DNA from: Deltaproteobacteria bacterium
Lineage (GTDB): Bacteria; Myxococcota; Kuafuiibacteriia; Kuafuiibacteriales; Kuafuiibacteriaceae
DNA: 64,000 nucleotides
NCBI GenBank assembly: GCA_040218735.1
Contig: JAVJQW010000043.1
Location: 288,001 to 352,000 of the forward strand
Direction: 5' to 3'
The notes below the pieces were generated by a model. The model saw only the letters and a program-made list of their open reading frames with translations. It was not told where the DNA came from and searched no databases. Positions 19,453 to 28,923 of this stretch are shown here, in pieces (the stretch's first letter is position 1; the number at the start of each line of letters is the position of its first letter). The position numbers were made by a program, and so were the translations under genes.

Positions 19453-20514
19453 GTGAAGTTCGAACGTGTCGTCATCGCGGGGCTCGGCTACGACCTCCCG
19501 CCCGAGCGGCTGACGTCCGACGCGATCGAGGATCGCCTCGCGCCGGTCTACGATCGCATCGGTCTGCACCCGGGCCGGCTGGAGCTCATGACCGGCATCC
19601 AGTCGCGTCGGTTCTGGCCGGGAGAGGTGCGGCCGAGCGGCGTCGCCACCGCCGCGGGGCGCCAGGCGCTGGAGCGCGGGGGGATCGAGGCGTCGCGGAT
19701 CGGCGCGCTGATCCACGCGTCGGTGTGTCGTGACTTCCTCGAGCCCGCGACGGCGAACGTGGTGCACGACGCGCTGGGCCTCCCCGCCTCGGCGCAGGTC
19801 TTCGACGTCTCGAACGCGTGCCTCGGCGTCCTCAACGGGATGGTGCTCGTCGCGAACATGATCGAGCTCGGGCAGATCGAAGCGGGCCTCGTGGTCGCAG
19901 GTGAGAACGGCAAGCCGCTGGTCGACTCCACGATCGCCGCGTTGCTCGCGGACGACACCGTCACGCGCAAGTCCATCAAGGGTGCCTTTGCTTCACTCAC
20001 GATCGGATCGGGTGCCGCCGCCGTCCTCCTCGCGCGCGACGACGTCGCGCCGAACGGGCACCGCTTCCTCGGCGCCACCGTGCGGAACGCGACGCAGCAC
20101 CACGAGCTGTGCCGAGGGGGCGCCGCCGCCGAGGGCCACGCGCCGCAGGACGCCGGCGTCGGCGCCGGGAGCGGGCTGGCGATGAACACCGACGCGGAGG
20201 CGCTGCTGCACGCGGGGATCGAGCTCGCGACTTCCAACTACGCGAAGTTCAGCGAGGAGGTGCTCATGTCGCCGGACCGCGTCGTCACGCACCAGGTCGG
20301 TAAGGCGCACCACCTCACGTTGTTCGCGGCGCTCGGCCTCGACACGGACAAGGCGTTCACGACGTTCGAGTCGCTCGGGAACGTCGGTTCGGTCTCGGTG
20401 CCGATCACCTTGGCGATGGCCGTCGACGATGGCTTCGTGAAGCCCGGCGACGAGGTCGCGCTGCTCGGCATCGGCAGCGGGTTGTCATCGATCATGGCGG
20501 GGGTGCGGTGGTGA
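19453..20514 (+). CDS. oleA: OleA, thiolase-fold head-to-head acyl condensing enzyme
   Basis: LELMTGIQSRR, FLEPATA (catalytic Glu), NACLG (Cys), THQVG (His), GNVG (Asn); precedes oleBCD. Confidence 0.88.
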   Translation: MKFERVVIAGLGYDLPPERLTSDAIEDRLAPVYDRIGLHPGRLELMTGIQSRRFWPGEVRPSGVATAAGRQALERGGIEASRIGALIHASVCRDFLEPATANVVHDALGLPASAQVFDVSNACLGVLNGMVLVANMIELGQIEAGLVVAGENGKPLVDSTIAALLADDTVTRKSIKGAFASLTIGSGAAAVLLARDDVAPNGHRFLGATVRNATQHHELCRGGAAAEGHAPQDAGVGAGSGLAMNTDAEALLHAGIELATSNYAKFSEEVLMSPDRVVTHQVGKAHHLTLFAALGLDTDKAFTTFESLGNVGSVSVPITLAMAVDDGFVKPGDEVALLGIGSGLSSIMAGVRW

Positions 20515-21368
20515 GCACTTCGCCGTTCGAGCCGCACTACCTCGACGTCGACGGCGGGCGCATGCACTACGTCGACGAGGGTGAGGGCCCCGTGATGCTG
20601 ATGCTGCACGGGAACCCGACCTGGTCGTTCTACTACCGGAACCTCGTCGAAGCGTTCCGCGAGACCCACCGCGTGGTCGTGCCCGACCACATCGGGTGCG
20701 GGCTCTCCGACAAGCCGCAGGACTTCGGCTACCGGTTAGAGCAACACATCGGCAACGTCGAGCGGCTCGTCGATCACCTCGGAATCGAGAAGGCCACCGT
20801 CGTCGTGCACGATTGGGGCGGCGCGATCGGGATGGGCCTCGCGGTGCGTCGCCCGGCGCTCCCCGAGCGCTTCGTGGTGTTCAACACCGCCGCGTTCCTC
20901 GCCGACCGCATCCCGTTCTCGATCGACATCTGCCGCATCCCCGGCTTCGGCGCGCTGATGATCCGCGGGCTCAACGCGTTTGCGAAGGCGGCGCTGATGC
21001 GGTGTGTGGTGCACAAGGACCGCCTCACCGACGACGTAAAGGCCGGCTACCTCGAGCCGTACGACTCGTGGGGCAACCGCGTCGCGAACCTGAAGTTCGT
21101 GCACGACATCCCGATGAACCCGACCCACCCGACGTACCCGGTGCTGTCGAAGATCGGGGAGGGCCTCGAGCAGTTCGTCGAGCACCCCATGATGATCGCG
21201 TGGGGTGCGCAGGACTTCTGCTTCAACGACGAGTTCTTCGCGGAGTGGAAGCGTCGCTTCCCGAAGGCCGAGACCCACTATTTCGAAGACGCCGGGCACT
21301 ACGTCCTCGAGGACGCGCACGAGCGCATCGTTCCGCTGATGCAGAAGTTCATGGAGATGCCATCGTGA
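20508..21368 (+). CDS. oleB: OleB, beta-lactone decarboxylase (haloalkane dehalogenase-like)
   Basis: HGNPTWSFYY, PDHIGCGLSDKP, HDWGG (Asp nucleophile), AGHYVLED; alternative GTG at 20511. Confidence 0.88.
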   Translation: MVSTSPFEPHYLDVDGGRMHYVDEGEGPVMLMLHGNPTWSFYYRNLVEAFRETHRVVVPDHIGCGLSDKPQDFGYRLEQHIGNVERLVDHLGIEKATVVVHDWGGAIGMGLAVRRPALPERFVVFNTAAFLADRIPFSIDICRIPGFGALMIRGLNAFAKAALMRCVVHKDRLTDDVKAGYLEPYDSWGNRVANLKFVHDIPMNPTHPTYPVLSKIGEGLEQFVEHPMMIAWGAQDFCFNDEFFAEWKRRFPKAETHYFEDAGHYVLEDAHERIVPLMQKFMEMPS

Positions 21369-23056
21369 CCGCCGCCGCCAACCTCGTGCCCGCGCCGCTC
21401 AACATCGCCGACCGCCTGCGAAACCTCGCGGGTCGCTTCCCGCATCAGCGCGCTGTGGTCGTCCCCGAGGGGTACGACCAGGGCGGGCGCCGGACCTACG
21501 CGCACCTCACGTTCGACCAGCTGGAGCGGACGATCGACACCTACGCCCACGGGCTCGTGAACCTCGGCTTGCAACCCGGCATGCGCACGCTGCTGATGGT
21601 GAAGCCGTCGCTCGAGTTCTTCGGGCTGACGTTCGCCTTGTTCCGGGTCGGCGCCGTGCCGGTGATGATCGACCCGGCGATGGGCAAGACCAACGTGCTC
21701 GGCGCGATCTCCGAGGTCGAGCCGGAGGCGTTCGTCGCCATCCCGCGCGGGCACGTCGCGCGCACGCTGTACGGCAAGGCGTTCTCGTCGGTGAAGCTCA
21801 ACGTCACCGTCGGTAAGAGGCTGTTCTGGGGCGGGCACACACTCCAGGACGTCGTCGCCGCGGGGGAGGGCCACGGTCGGTTCGAGACCGCCGCGACCAA
21901 GTCCGAGGACCTCGCCGCGATCCTCTTCACCAGCGGCAGCACGGGCGCTCCGAAGGGCGTGCTCTACACGCACGGCATCTTCGACGCGCAGGTGCAGATC
22001 TTCGAAGACGACTTCGGCATCGAGCCGGGGGAGGTCGACCTGTCGGCGTTCCCGTTGTTCTCGCTGTTCTCGGCGGCGCTCGGGGTGACGGTCCTCGTGC
22101 CGGACATGGACGCGACCAAGCCGGCGTTCGTCGACGGCGCGAAGATCGTCGAGGCGGTGCGTGACCAGGGCGTGACGTACGCGTTCGGATCGCCCGCGTT
22201 CTGGCACCGCGTCGCGGGGTACTGCGAGGCGAACGACATCCAGCTGTCGAGCTTGCGTCGGGTGCTGATGGCCGGCGCGCCGGCGGCGCCGGATCTGCTG
22301 GAGCGGCTCACGAAGATCATCCCGGAGTCGGCCGACATCTTCACGCCGTACGGGGCGACGGAGTGTCTGCCGATCACGTTGCCGTCGGGCCGCGACATCT
22401 TGGCGCGCGGCGTCGCCGAGCACACGGCGCAGGGGAAGGGCACGTTCGTCTCCAAGCCGATCGCGAACAGCCAGCTCGCGATCATCGAGATCGACGACGA
22501 GCCGATCAAACGCTTCGACGACGCGAAGGTCCTGCCGGCGAACACGATCGGTGAGATCACCGTGAAGAGCCGCGTCACGACGCAGGGCTACTTCCGGCGC
22601 GAGCGTGACGACGCGAAGTCCAAGATGCAGGGCAACGATCGCCTGTGGCACCGGATGGGCGACCTCGGCTACCTCGACGACGAAGGCAACCTCTGGTTCT
22701 GCGGTCGCAAGGCGCACCGCGTGCAGACGATGGACGGCACGCTCTTCACGGTGTGCTGCGAGGCGATCTTCAACCAACACCCGCGCGTGTACCGCACGGC
22801 GCTCGTCGGCCTCGGCGCGCCGGGGGCGCAGCGGCCGGTGATCATCGTCGAGTGCCACCCGGATCAGCGACCGCAGGGCGCCGCCCAGGAGGAGGCGCTG
22901 AAGAAGGAGCTCCTCGCGCTGGGCGCGGCGAACGACCTGACCAAGTCGATCGAGGACCTGCTCTTCCACCCGTCCTTCCCGGTTGACGCGCGGCACAACG
23001 CGAAGATCCGCCGCGAGGATCTGACGGAGTGGGCGAAGAAGAAGGTGGGCCCGTGA
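21365..23056 (+). CDS. oleC: OleC, beta-lactone synthetase (AMP-dependent ligase)
   Basis: ILFTSGSTGAPKGV, TPYGATE, WHRMGDLGY, FCGRK, PVDARHNAKI; GTGA overlap with oleB. Confidence 0.88.
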   Translation: MTAAANLVPAPLNIADRLRNLAGRFPHQRAVVVPEGYDQGGRRTYAHLTFDQLERTIDTYAHGLVNLGLQPGMRTLLMVKPSLEFFGLTFALFRVGAVPVMIDPAMGKTNVLGAISEVEPEAFVAIPRGHVARTLYGKAFSSVKLNVTVGKRLFWGGHTLQDVVAAGEGHGRFETAATKSEDLAAILFTSGSTGAPKGVLYTHGIFDAQVQIFEDDFGIEPGEVDLSAFPLFSLFSAALGVTVLVPDMDATKPAFVDGAKIVEAVRDQGVTYAFGSPAFWHRVAGYCEANDIQLSSLRRVLMAGAPAAPDLLERLTKIIPESADIFTPYGATECLPITLPSGRDILARGVAEHTAQGKGTFVSKPIANSQLAIIEIDDEPIKRFDDAKVLPANTIGEITVKSRVTTQGYFRRERDDAKSKMQGNDRLWHRMGDLGYLDDEGNLWFCGRKAHRVQTMDGTLFTVCCEAIFNQHPRVYRTALVGLGAPGAQRPVIIVECHPDQRPQGAAQEEALKKELLALGAANDLTKSIEDLLFHPSFPVDARHNAKIRREDLTEWAKKKVGP

Positions 23057-24048
23057 AGGCGCTCGTGACCGGGGGCGGCGGCTTCCTCGGAAAGAACCTC
23101 ACGAAGCATCTGCTCGAGCGCGGCGACGAGGTCCGCATCTTCGCGCGCAGCAAGTACCCCGAAGTCGAAGCGATGGGCGCCGAAGCGATGCAGGGCGACG
23201 TCACGGACCGCGCCGCGGTCGACGCCGCCGTCGCCGGCGTGGACATCGTGTTCCACACAGCCTCGCGCATCGGGTACTGGGGCGACTACGCCGAGTACGA
23301 ATCGATCAACGTGGGCGGCACGACGAACATCGTCGAAGCGTGCCGCGCCGCGGGGGTCGAGCGGCTCGTGTACACGAGCACGCCGTCCGTGGTGATCGGC
23401 GCGGACGGCGTCGACGCCGGCTCCGACGAGACGGTCGCCTACCCGGACGCGTACCTTTCGTCGTACGGGCCGACGAAGGCGCAGGCCGAAAAGCTCGCGC
23501 TCGCCGCGAGCGACGCGTCGCTCCGCGTGGCCGCGTTGCGCCCGCACTTCATCTTCGGCCCGGGGGATCCGCACATCGCGCCTCGCCTGGTGGAGAACGC
23601 CAAGAAGGGCACCATCGCGCAGGTCGGCGACGGCTCGAATCGAGTCGACGTCGCGTACATCGACAACGTGGTGTCCGCGCACGTGAAGCTCGGCGACGCG
23701 CTCGCGGATCCGAACACTCCGTGCGGCGGGCAGGCGTACTTCCTCGGTGACGCCGAGCCGGTGAAGCTGTGGGACTTCGTCGGGCGGGTGCTCGAGGGCA
23801 TGAAGGCGCCCCCGGTGAAGAAGAATGTGTCGTTCAAGATGGCGTGGCGCATCGGCGCGACGCTGGAGTTCTTCTACCGGACGTTCGGCGTCGAGAAGGA
23901 GCCGCCGCTCACGCGCATGGCCGCCGTGATGCTCGGGACGTCGCACTACTTCTCCCACGCGAAGGCCGCGCGCGACTTCGGCTACGCGCCGTTGGTGACG
24001 ACCGACGAGGGCCTCGAACGCCTCTTCGCCGCCGACGCGCCTCGGTAG
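23053..24048 (+). CDS. oleD: OleD, 2-alkyl-3-oxoalkanoate reductase (3-beta-HSD-like extended SDR)
   Basis: VTGGGGFLG, YTSTPSV, YGPTK, LRPHFIFGPGD; GTGA overlap with oleC. Confidence 0.88.
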   Translation: MKALVTGGGGFLGKNLTKHLLERGDEVRIFARSKYPEVEAMGAEAMQGDVTDRAAVDAAVAGVDIVFHTASRIGYWGDYAEYESINVGGTTNIVEACRAAGVERLVYTSTPSVVIGADGVDAGSDETVAYPDAYLSSYGPTKAQAEKLALAASDASLRVAALRPHFIFGPGDPHIAPRLVENAKKGTIAQVGDGSNRVDVAYIDNVVSAHVKLGDALADPNTPCGGQAYFLGDAEPVKLWDFVGRVLEGMKAPPVKKNVSFKMAWRIGATLEFFYRTFGVEKEPPLTRMAAVMLGTSHYFSHAKAARDFGYAPLVTTDEGLERLFAADAPR

Positions 24049-24059
24049 CGATCCCGACC

Positions 24060-25595
24060 TCAGAACACCTGCTTCACGGAGAGGGTCACGCCGTGGTCGA
24101 GTGACTCTTCGGAGCTCAGGCCCACCGCGTAGTAGATGCCGGCGTCGAACGTATCGAGCAGCAGACCGCACACGCCGAGCCCGAAGCTGTTGGCCACGGC
24201 GGGGCTGCGGGCGCCGGTCATGCGATCGACCGCCTCGAAGACGACGCCGTCGTGGAAGATCGCGAGTCGGTAGAGGTCGCGCGCGACGGAGATCTGGTAT
24301 TCGAGCGACAGCCCTGCGGCGAGCGCGGTGTAGCTCGAATTGCCGAAGACACCGCGGAGGAAGCGCCCGATCGAACGTTCGTGCGTGAAGGGGACGTCGC
24401 CGAGCACCGTCGTCCCCGCGACCTCCGTGCGAGCGAGGTCCCAGCCGAGGAGCGTGGACAGCTCGTACTCGACGTCCAACGAGAACGTGTTGCGTCGGGG
24501 TGTCAGGTACAGCCGGGTGTCGACCTCCAGCTCCTGGAGGAACGCGTCGCGGCGGCCGAGCTCCAGGTCCGCCGTCGCACGAACGAACGGACGCACGCGC
24601 TCCGTCGGGTACAGCGCTTCCAGTGGCTCGGTCTCGGAGTTGATCTGGAGGAGCCGCTGCATCGAAGCGCCGGCGCCGAGCTCGAACTCGAGATCACGCC
24701 GGGGCGTCCACGCCACGATGAGGCTCGGGTCGACGAGCAGCTGATCGTAGGAGGTCATCTGGAGGTCGAGGCGCTGCCGGTTGATCCAACCGGCCCGCGG
24801 CTCCGCGATGACTCGAAGGCTGCGATCCACGAACGCCGGGGAGTACCAACGCAGCGCGAGCTCGGCGCGCGACACCTTTCGGCGTCCCTCGCCGTCGGAG
24901 ACGAAGTCCTGCACGCGGAGGCCGACGATCGGGAGCACCTCGAAGCGGGTGTCGTCGCCGATCAGCCCGTGTGAGCGGTAGCCAACGCCCGCGACCAGAC
25001 CGTCCGGCGACCTGAACCCGAGCTCGAGCGCGACACCCGTCGGGAGGTCCTCCTCGACGAGATAGATCTCGAGCTGATGCTTCGCCGGCGGAGGCACCCA
25101 GTCCTCCGTGAGGCTGGCGAGGCTCGGGAACGTGGCGGCGGGCACCGCTTCGGTCGCGACGATCTCGTAGCGCTCGACGTGCAGCCCGTACTCCGACGAA
25201 AGGCGGGCGAGCTCACCCTCGAGCTCGGGGCGATTGAAGACCTTGGTCGAGACGTCCGCCATGACCTGGAACGCGACGGCCTTCAACGCGGACTGTCCCG
25301 GGAGGACGATGCGTTCGAGGCGGCCCTCGTCGACGACCATGAAGAGCTCGCCGGAGTCCGAGACACTCGCGGTGACCGTCGCGAGCTCGTAACCCGCGCC
25401 GCGCAAGAACTTCTCGATGCGACGCGCGGCGCGCGCTGCTCCGCGCGGGCCGACGCGGGGACCGAGCCCCAGCAGCGAGAGGTACACCTGCTCCGACAGC
25501 GCAACGTTGCCGCGGACGCTGTGCGCGTCCGCCGAACCGGAGGTCAGACAGACCGCGATCCCCAGGACGAGTCCCACGAGGTGTCTTCGCGTCAC
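24060..25595 (-). CDS. Outer-membrane protein, POTRA-like N-terminus plus beta-barrel (Omp85/TamA-like)
   Basis: Signal peptide from GTG 25595; [21 protein letters not shown]-like segment; amphipathic strands; terminal KQVF. Confidence 0.6.
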   Translation of the reverse strand: MTRRHLVGLVLGIAVCLTSGSADAHSVRGNVALSEQVYLSLLGLGPRVGPRGAARAARRIEKFLRGAGYELATVTASVSDSGELFMVVDEGRLERIVLPGQSALKAVAFQVMADVSTKVFNRPELEGELARLSSEYGLHVERYEIVATEAVPAATFPSLASLTEDWVPPPAKHQLEIYLVEEDLPTGVALELGFRSPDGLVAGVGYRSHGLIGDDTRFEVLPIVGLRVQDFVSDGEGRRKVSRAELALRWYSPAFVDRSLRVIAEPRAGWINRQRLDLQMTSYDQLLVDPSLIVAWTPRRDLEFELGAGASMQRLLQINSETEPLEALYPTERVRPFVRATADLELGRRDAFLQELEVDTRLYLTPRRNTFSLDVEYELSTLLGWDLARTEVAGTTVLGDVPFTHERSIGRFLRGVFGNSSYTALAAGLSLEYQISVARDLYRLAIFHDGVVFEAVDRMTGARSPAVANSFGLGVCGLLLDTFDAGIYYAVGLSSEESLDHGVTLSVKQVF

Positions 25596-25714
25596 GCGCC
25601 CCGCTACTGCAGGTGGTGTGCCCGTCGTCTCTCCGGGCGGAGCGGGGCGAATGCCGCGTTTTCCTTGCGCAGATCGGTCCCCATGGGGCGATCTGCCACG
25701 CCTCGCAGCGGAGC

Positions 25715-26677
25715 TCAGTAGGCGTCGAACCAGTCCGCGAGCGCGGGCACGGCGGGGGCGATCCACTCGTGGCCGGCGGACGCCGTCACCACGCGGACGT
25801 CCACACCCATCGTGTCGAGTGCGTCCGCGTACTCCTCCATCTCGTCGATCGGGGTCACGCGATCTTCGGTGCCGTGGAGGAACAACGTCGGGGGGTGGTC
25901 CGACGGGAGCTCGGGCACCGAGCACAACGTCCCGCTACACGTGGCGTAGGAAGCCGAGTGCACCGCGAGCGCGGTGAAGCGCCCGCCGTAGGAGACGGCC
26001 ATGCGGCTCGTCATGTAACCGCCGCTCGAGATCCCCGTGGCGAACAGGCGCGCCGGGTCCAGCGGACCGAGCTCACCGGCTTCGATGCCTTCGAAGATGC
26101 GGAGCATCAAGCGGTGGTCGGACGACGTCGACCAGGCCAGCGAAAACGGAGGGACGTTGGTGTCCCAGAACGTGTTGCCGCGCGCGTGCGCTTCCGGCGC
26201 GACGATCGCGTAGCCGCGATCGAGGAGATCCGCGAGGGTGCGCGCGAGCTCGAAGGCGCCGAACGTGTCGCCCGCCTCCGCCTCCCAGATGCGGTCGGAG
26301 GAGAAGAACGAACCTTGGAAGAACAGCACCACCGGATACCCGGCGGCGGGCGGCGCGGCGTTCGGCACCGCGTAGTGGACACGGCGGTCCGTCAGCGTCG
26401 TGACGCCGACCCGGTATTCGGTGGTGGAGAACGGACAACGGATCGTCGTCGCGCCGATCTCGCAGGTCGTCGTCACCGTCACGCCGGCATCGCGCGGCAC
26501 GCCGGCGTCGGCGCTGGTCGTCGATGCGTCGCGCTCGGCTGCATCCCCCGCGTCGCGCGCGGACGTCCCCGCGTCGTGCGCCTGCGGCGATCCCCCTGCG
26601 GGGCGCTCACCGCCGCACGCGACGAGCAGCCCCGCATACAAGAGGAGACACGCAGATCGTGGGGTTCGGGCCAGCAC
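25715..26677 (-). CDS. Lipoprotein, mcl-PHA-depolymerase-like serine hydrolase
   Basis: LLVAC lipobox, DAG-rich linker, [49 protein letters not shown]. Confidence 0.75.
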   Translation of the reverse strand: MLARTPRSACLLLYAGLLVACGGERPAGGSPQAHDAGTSARDAGDAAERDASTTSADAGVPRDAGVTVTTTCEIGATTIRCPFSTTEYRVGVTTLTDRRVHYAVPNAAPPAAGYPVVLFFQGSFFSSDRIWEAEAGDTFGAFELARTLADLLDRGYAIVAPEAHARGNTFWDTNVPPFSLAWSTSSDHRLMLRIFEGIEAGELGPLDPARLFATGISSGGYMTSRMAVSYGGRFTALAVHSASYATCSGTLCSVPELPSDHPPTLFLHGTEDRVTPIDEMEEYADALDTMGVDVRVVTASAGHEWIAPAVPALADWFDAY

Positions 26678-26821
26678 GGCCCCGGATGCCTACCGCGTCG
26701 TGCGCGGTCGGGGCATCCGTCGACCGCGTCGTGCTCGCCTGCACAACGACGCCTTTACAGCGCCCGGGCCTCGTACGATTCTCGCGCCGCGCCGCGCCGT
26801 GCGGTCCGGCGTTGCGGCACG

Positions 26822-28219
26822 ATGACCGAAGCACGCGACCTCGCCGGTGTCGTAGGCGTCACGCTCGCCGTGTACGTCCTCGGGATGTACGCGCTCGCGT
26901 TCTTCGCCCAGAGCAAGATCTCCACCGAAGAGGACTTCCTCGTCGCGGGCCGCCGGCTCCCCCTGTCGCTCGCGTGGGCCACGCTCCTCGCGACCTGGTT
27001 CGGCGCCGGGACCATGCTCACGGCCGCCGACGAGGTGCGCGTCGAAGGGCTGCGCGCGGCGGCGCTCGAGCCGCTCGGGACGGGGGTGTGCCTGATGGTC
27101 GCCGGCATGTTCTTCGCGGCGCCCCTGTGGCGCATGAAGCTGCTCACCGTCTCGGACTTCTACCGCGACAAGTTCGGCCGGCGCGCGGAGCTCCTCTCCG
27201 CGATCATCATGGTCCCGGGCTACTTCGGGTGGACCGCGGCGCAGTTCCTCGCGCTCGCCGGGTTACTCGAGCTCTTCTTCGGCCTCGACCCCAGCTACGG
27301 CGTCCTGATCGTGGCGGTCGTCGGGACCGGCTACACCTTGCTGGGCGGGATGTGGTCCGTGACGCTGACGGACGCGTTGCAAGTCACCTTGCTCCTCGTG
27401 GGGTTGGTCGTGCTCGGGTGGATCACGATCTCGGACGTCGGCGTCGCACGCATCGTCGCCGAGACCCCTCCCGAGATGAAGGTGTTGGTCCCCACCGAGG
27501 ATCTCCACGCGTTCGTCGGGTGGGTCGGCGTCTTCGCGATCGGTGTGTTCGGCAACCTGCCGGGGCAGGACCTCATGCAGCGCGTGTTCGCCGCGAAGTC
27601 GGAGACCGTCGCCAAGCAGGCGTGCTGGCTCGCCGGCATCGCGTACGTCGTGTTCGGCATGATCCCCGTCGGGCTCGCGCTCGCCTCGCGGATCATGCTG
27701 CCGGGGGAGCTGACCAGCTCGATCCTCCCGGCGCTCGCGCACGCGTACCTGTCGCCGGTCCTCGCGGTGATCTTCACCGTCGTCCTCGCATCGGCAGTGC
27801 TGTCGACGATCGACAGCGCGATGCTCTCACCGTCGTCCGTGATGGCGCAGAACATCTTCCCGCGCTTCGTGGGTGAGCGTTTCAAGCCGCTGGTCCTCAA
27901 CCGGATGGCCCTAATGATCACCGCGGCGGCGAGCCTCGTCATGGCCTACCTCGGCGAAGACGCCTACAGCCTCCTCGAAGACGCCTACGCGCTCGGCCTC
28001 GTCGGCCTCCTCGTCCCCCTCGCCGCGGGCCTCTACCGCGAGCCGAAGTCCGAGGCCTCCGCGCTGTGGTGCATGGCGATCGGGAGCGTCGTCTGGCTCG
28101 TGCACCGCGTCGCGGGGTGGGAGACGTTCCTGGCACCGGCGCTCGGGGACTGGCCGCTCCCGGTCGCGTTGTGCTCCGCGGGGGTCGGCCTCGTGGCGTA
28201 CTTCGCGGCCGACCGCTGA
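26822..28219 (+). CDS. Sodium:solute symporter (choline-transporter-like)
   Basis: [40 protein letters not shown]; many TM helices. Confidence 0.88.
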   Translation: MTEARDLAGVVGVTLAVYVLGMYALAFFAQSKISTEEDFLVAGRRLPLSLAWATLLATWFGAGTMLTAADEVRVEGLRAAALEPLGTGVCLMVAGMFFAAPLWRMKLLTVSDFYRDKFGRRAELLSAIIMVPGYFGWTAAQFLALAGLLELFFGLDPSYGVLIVAVVGTGYTLLGGMWSVTLTDALQVTLLLVGLVVLGWITISDVGVARIVAETPPEMKVLVPTEDLHAFVGWVGVFAIGVFGNLPGQDLMQRVFAAKSETVAKQACWLAGIAYVVFGMIPVGLALASRIMLPGELTSSILPALAHAYLSPVLAVIFTVVLASAVLSTIDSAMLSPSSVMAQNIFPRFVGERFKPLVLNRMALMITAAASLVMAYLGEDAYSLLEDAYALGLVGLLVPLAAGLYREPKSEASALWCMAIGSVVWLVHRVAGWETFLAPALGDWPLPVALCSAGVGLVAYFAADR

Positions 28220-28238
28220 CCGCACACCCCTTTCCGCG

Positions 28239-28895
28239 TCAGTCGACGACGACGTACGCGCGCACCGGGAACGTCGCGCCGCCGCGCCAGGCGATCGGGA
28301 CCGCGTGCAGACGACCGCGCCCGGAGTCGAGCGCGGCGAGCCCCGTCATGTGCTCACACACCGGCACGCCTGCGCCGAGCAGCACGGTGTGAGCGGGGCG
28401 CGCGAGGTCGGACGTGTCGTCGATGTTGAGCGAGTCGATGCCCACGAACCGCGCGCCGTGTTCGACGAGCCACGTGCACGCGTCCTCCGTGAGGAACGGG
28501 TTGTCGCCGAAGTACTCCGGCTGCTGCCAGTGGCGCGAGAAGTCGGTGCGCACGAGCACCGCCTTGTCCGCGACATCCAACCCCTCGAACGCGGATCGAT
28601 CGACGCCCCGCGACGACGCCCCGGTCGCATCGACCAGCACAAACGGGAGGTGGGCGAGGCGGTCCAACGTCAGCGCAGCGAGATCCGCGCCCTGGCGGTG
28701 CCGGTGGATCGGCGCGTCGACATAGGTGCCCGTGTTCCCGCAGATGTGCAGCGACGCGATGAAGAACTCCGTGTCGGGCGCGTACTTGTCGCGAGAGGCG
28801 TCGTAGTCGAGCAAGACCTCGGCCCGGGGCTCGGGGAGGCCGGGGTACGTCTTCATGCCAGGGACGACGGGGTGAGAGACTTCGATGAATCGCAC
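28239..28895 (-). CDS. Cyclase family (kynurenine-formamidase-like) metal hydrolase
   Basis: GNTGTYVDAPIH, VGIDSLNID, HTVLLG, FPVRA. Confidence 0.85.
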   Translation of the reverse strand: MRFIEVSHPVVPGMKTYPGLPEPRAEVLLDYDASRDKYAPDTEFFIASLHICGNTGTYVDAPIHRHRQGADLAALTLDRLAHLPFVLVDATGASSRGVDRSAFEGLDVADKAVLVRTDFSRHWQQPEYFGDNPFLTEDACTWLVEHGARFVGIDSLNIDDTSDLARPAHTVLLGAGVPVCEHMTGLAALDSGRGRLHAVPIAWRGGATFPVRAYVVVD

Positions 28896-28923
28896 GCGCC
28901 GAGGGTACGCGAGACTCGTGGAC

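Noticed and set aside
20508-21368. Haloalkane dehalogenase
   Set aside because: Position between oleA and oleC identifies it as OleB
25613-26821. Apparent 400-aa N-terminal extension on the sodium:solute symporter
   Set aside because: Antisense read of the depolymerase gene; real start ATG 26822. The same artefact extends ORFs 20696, 36523..39411, 56451..58604 and 59611
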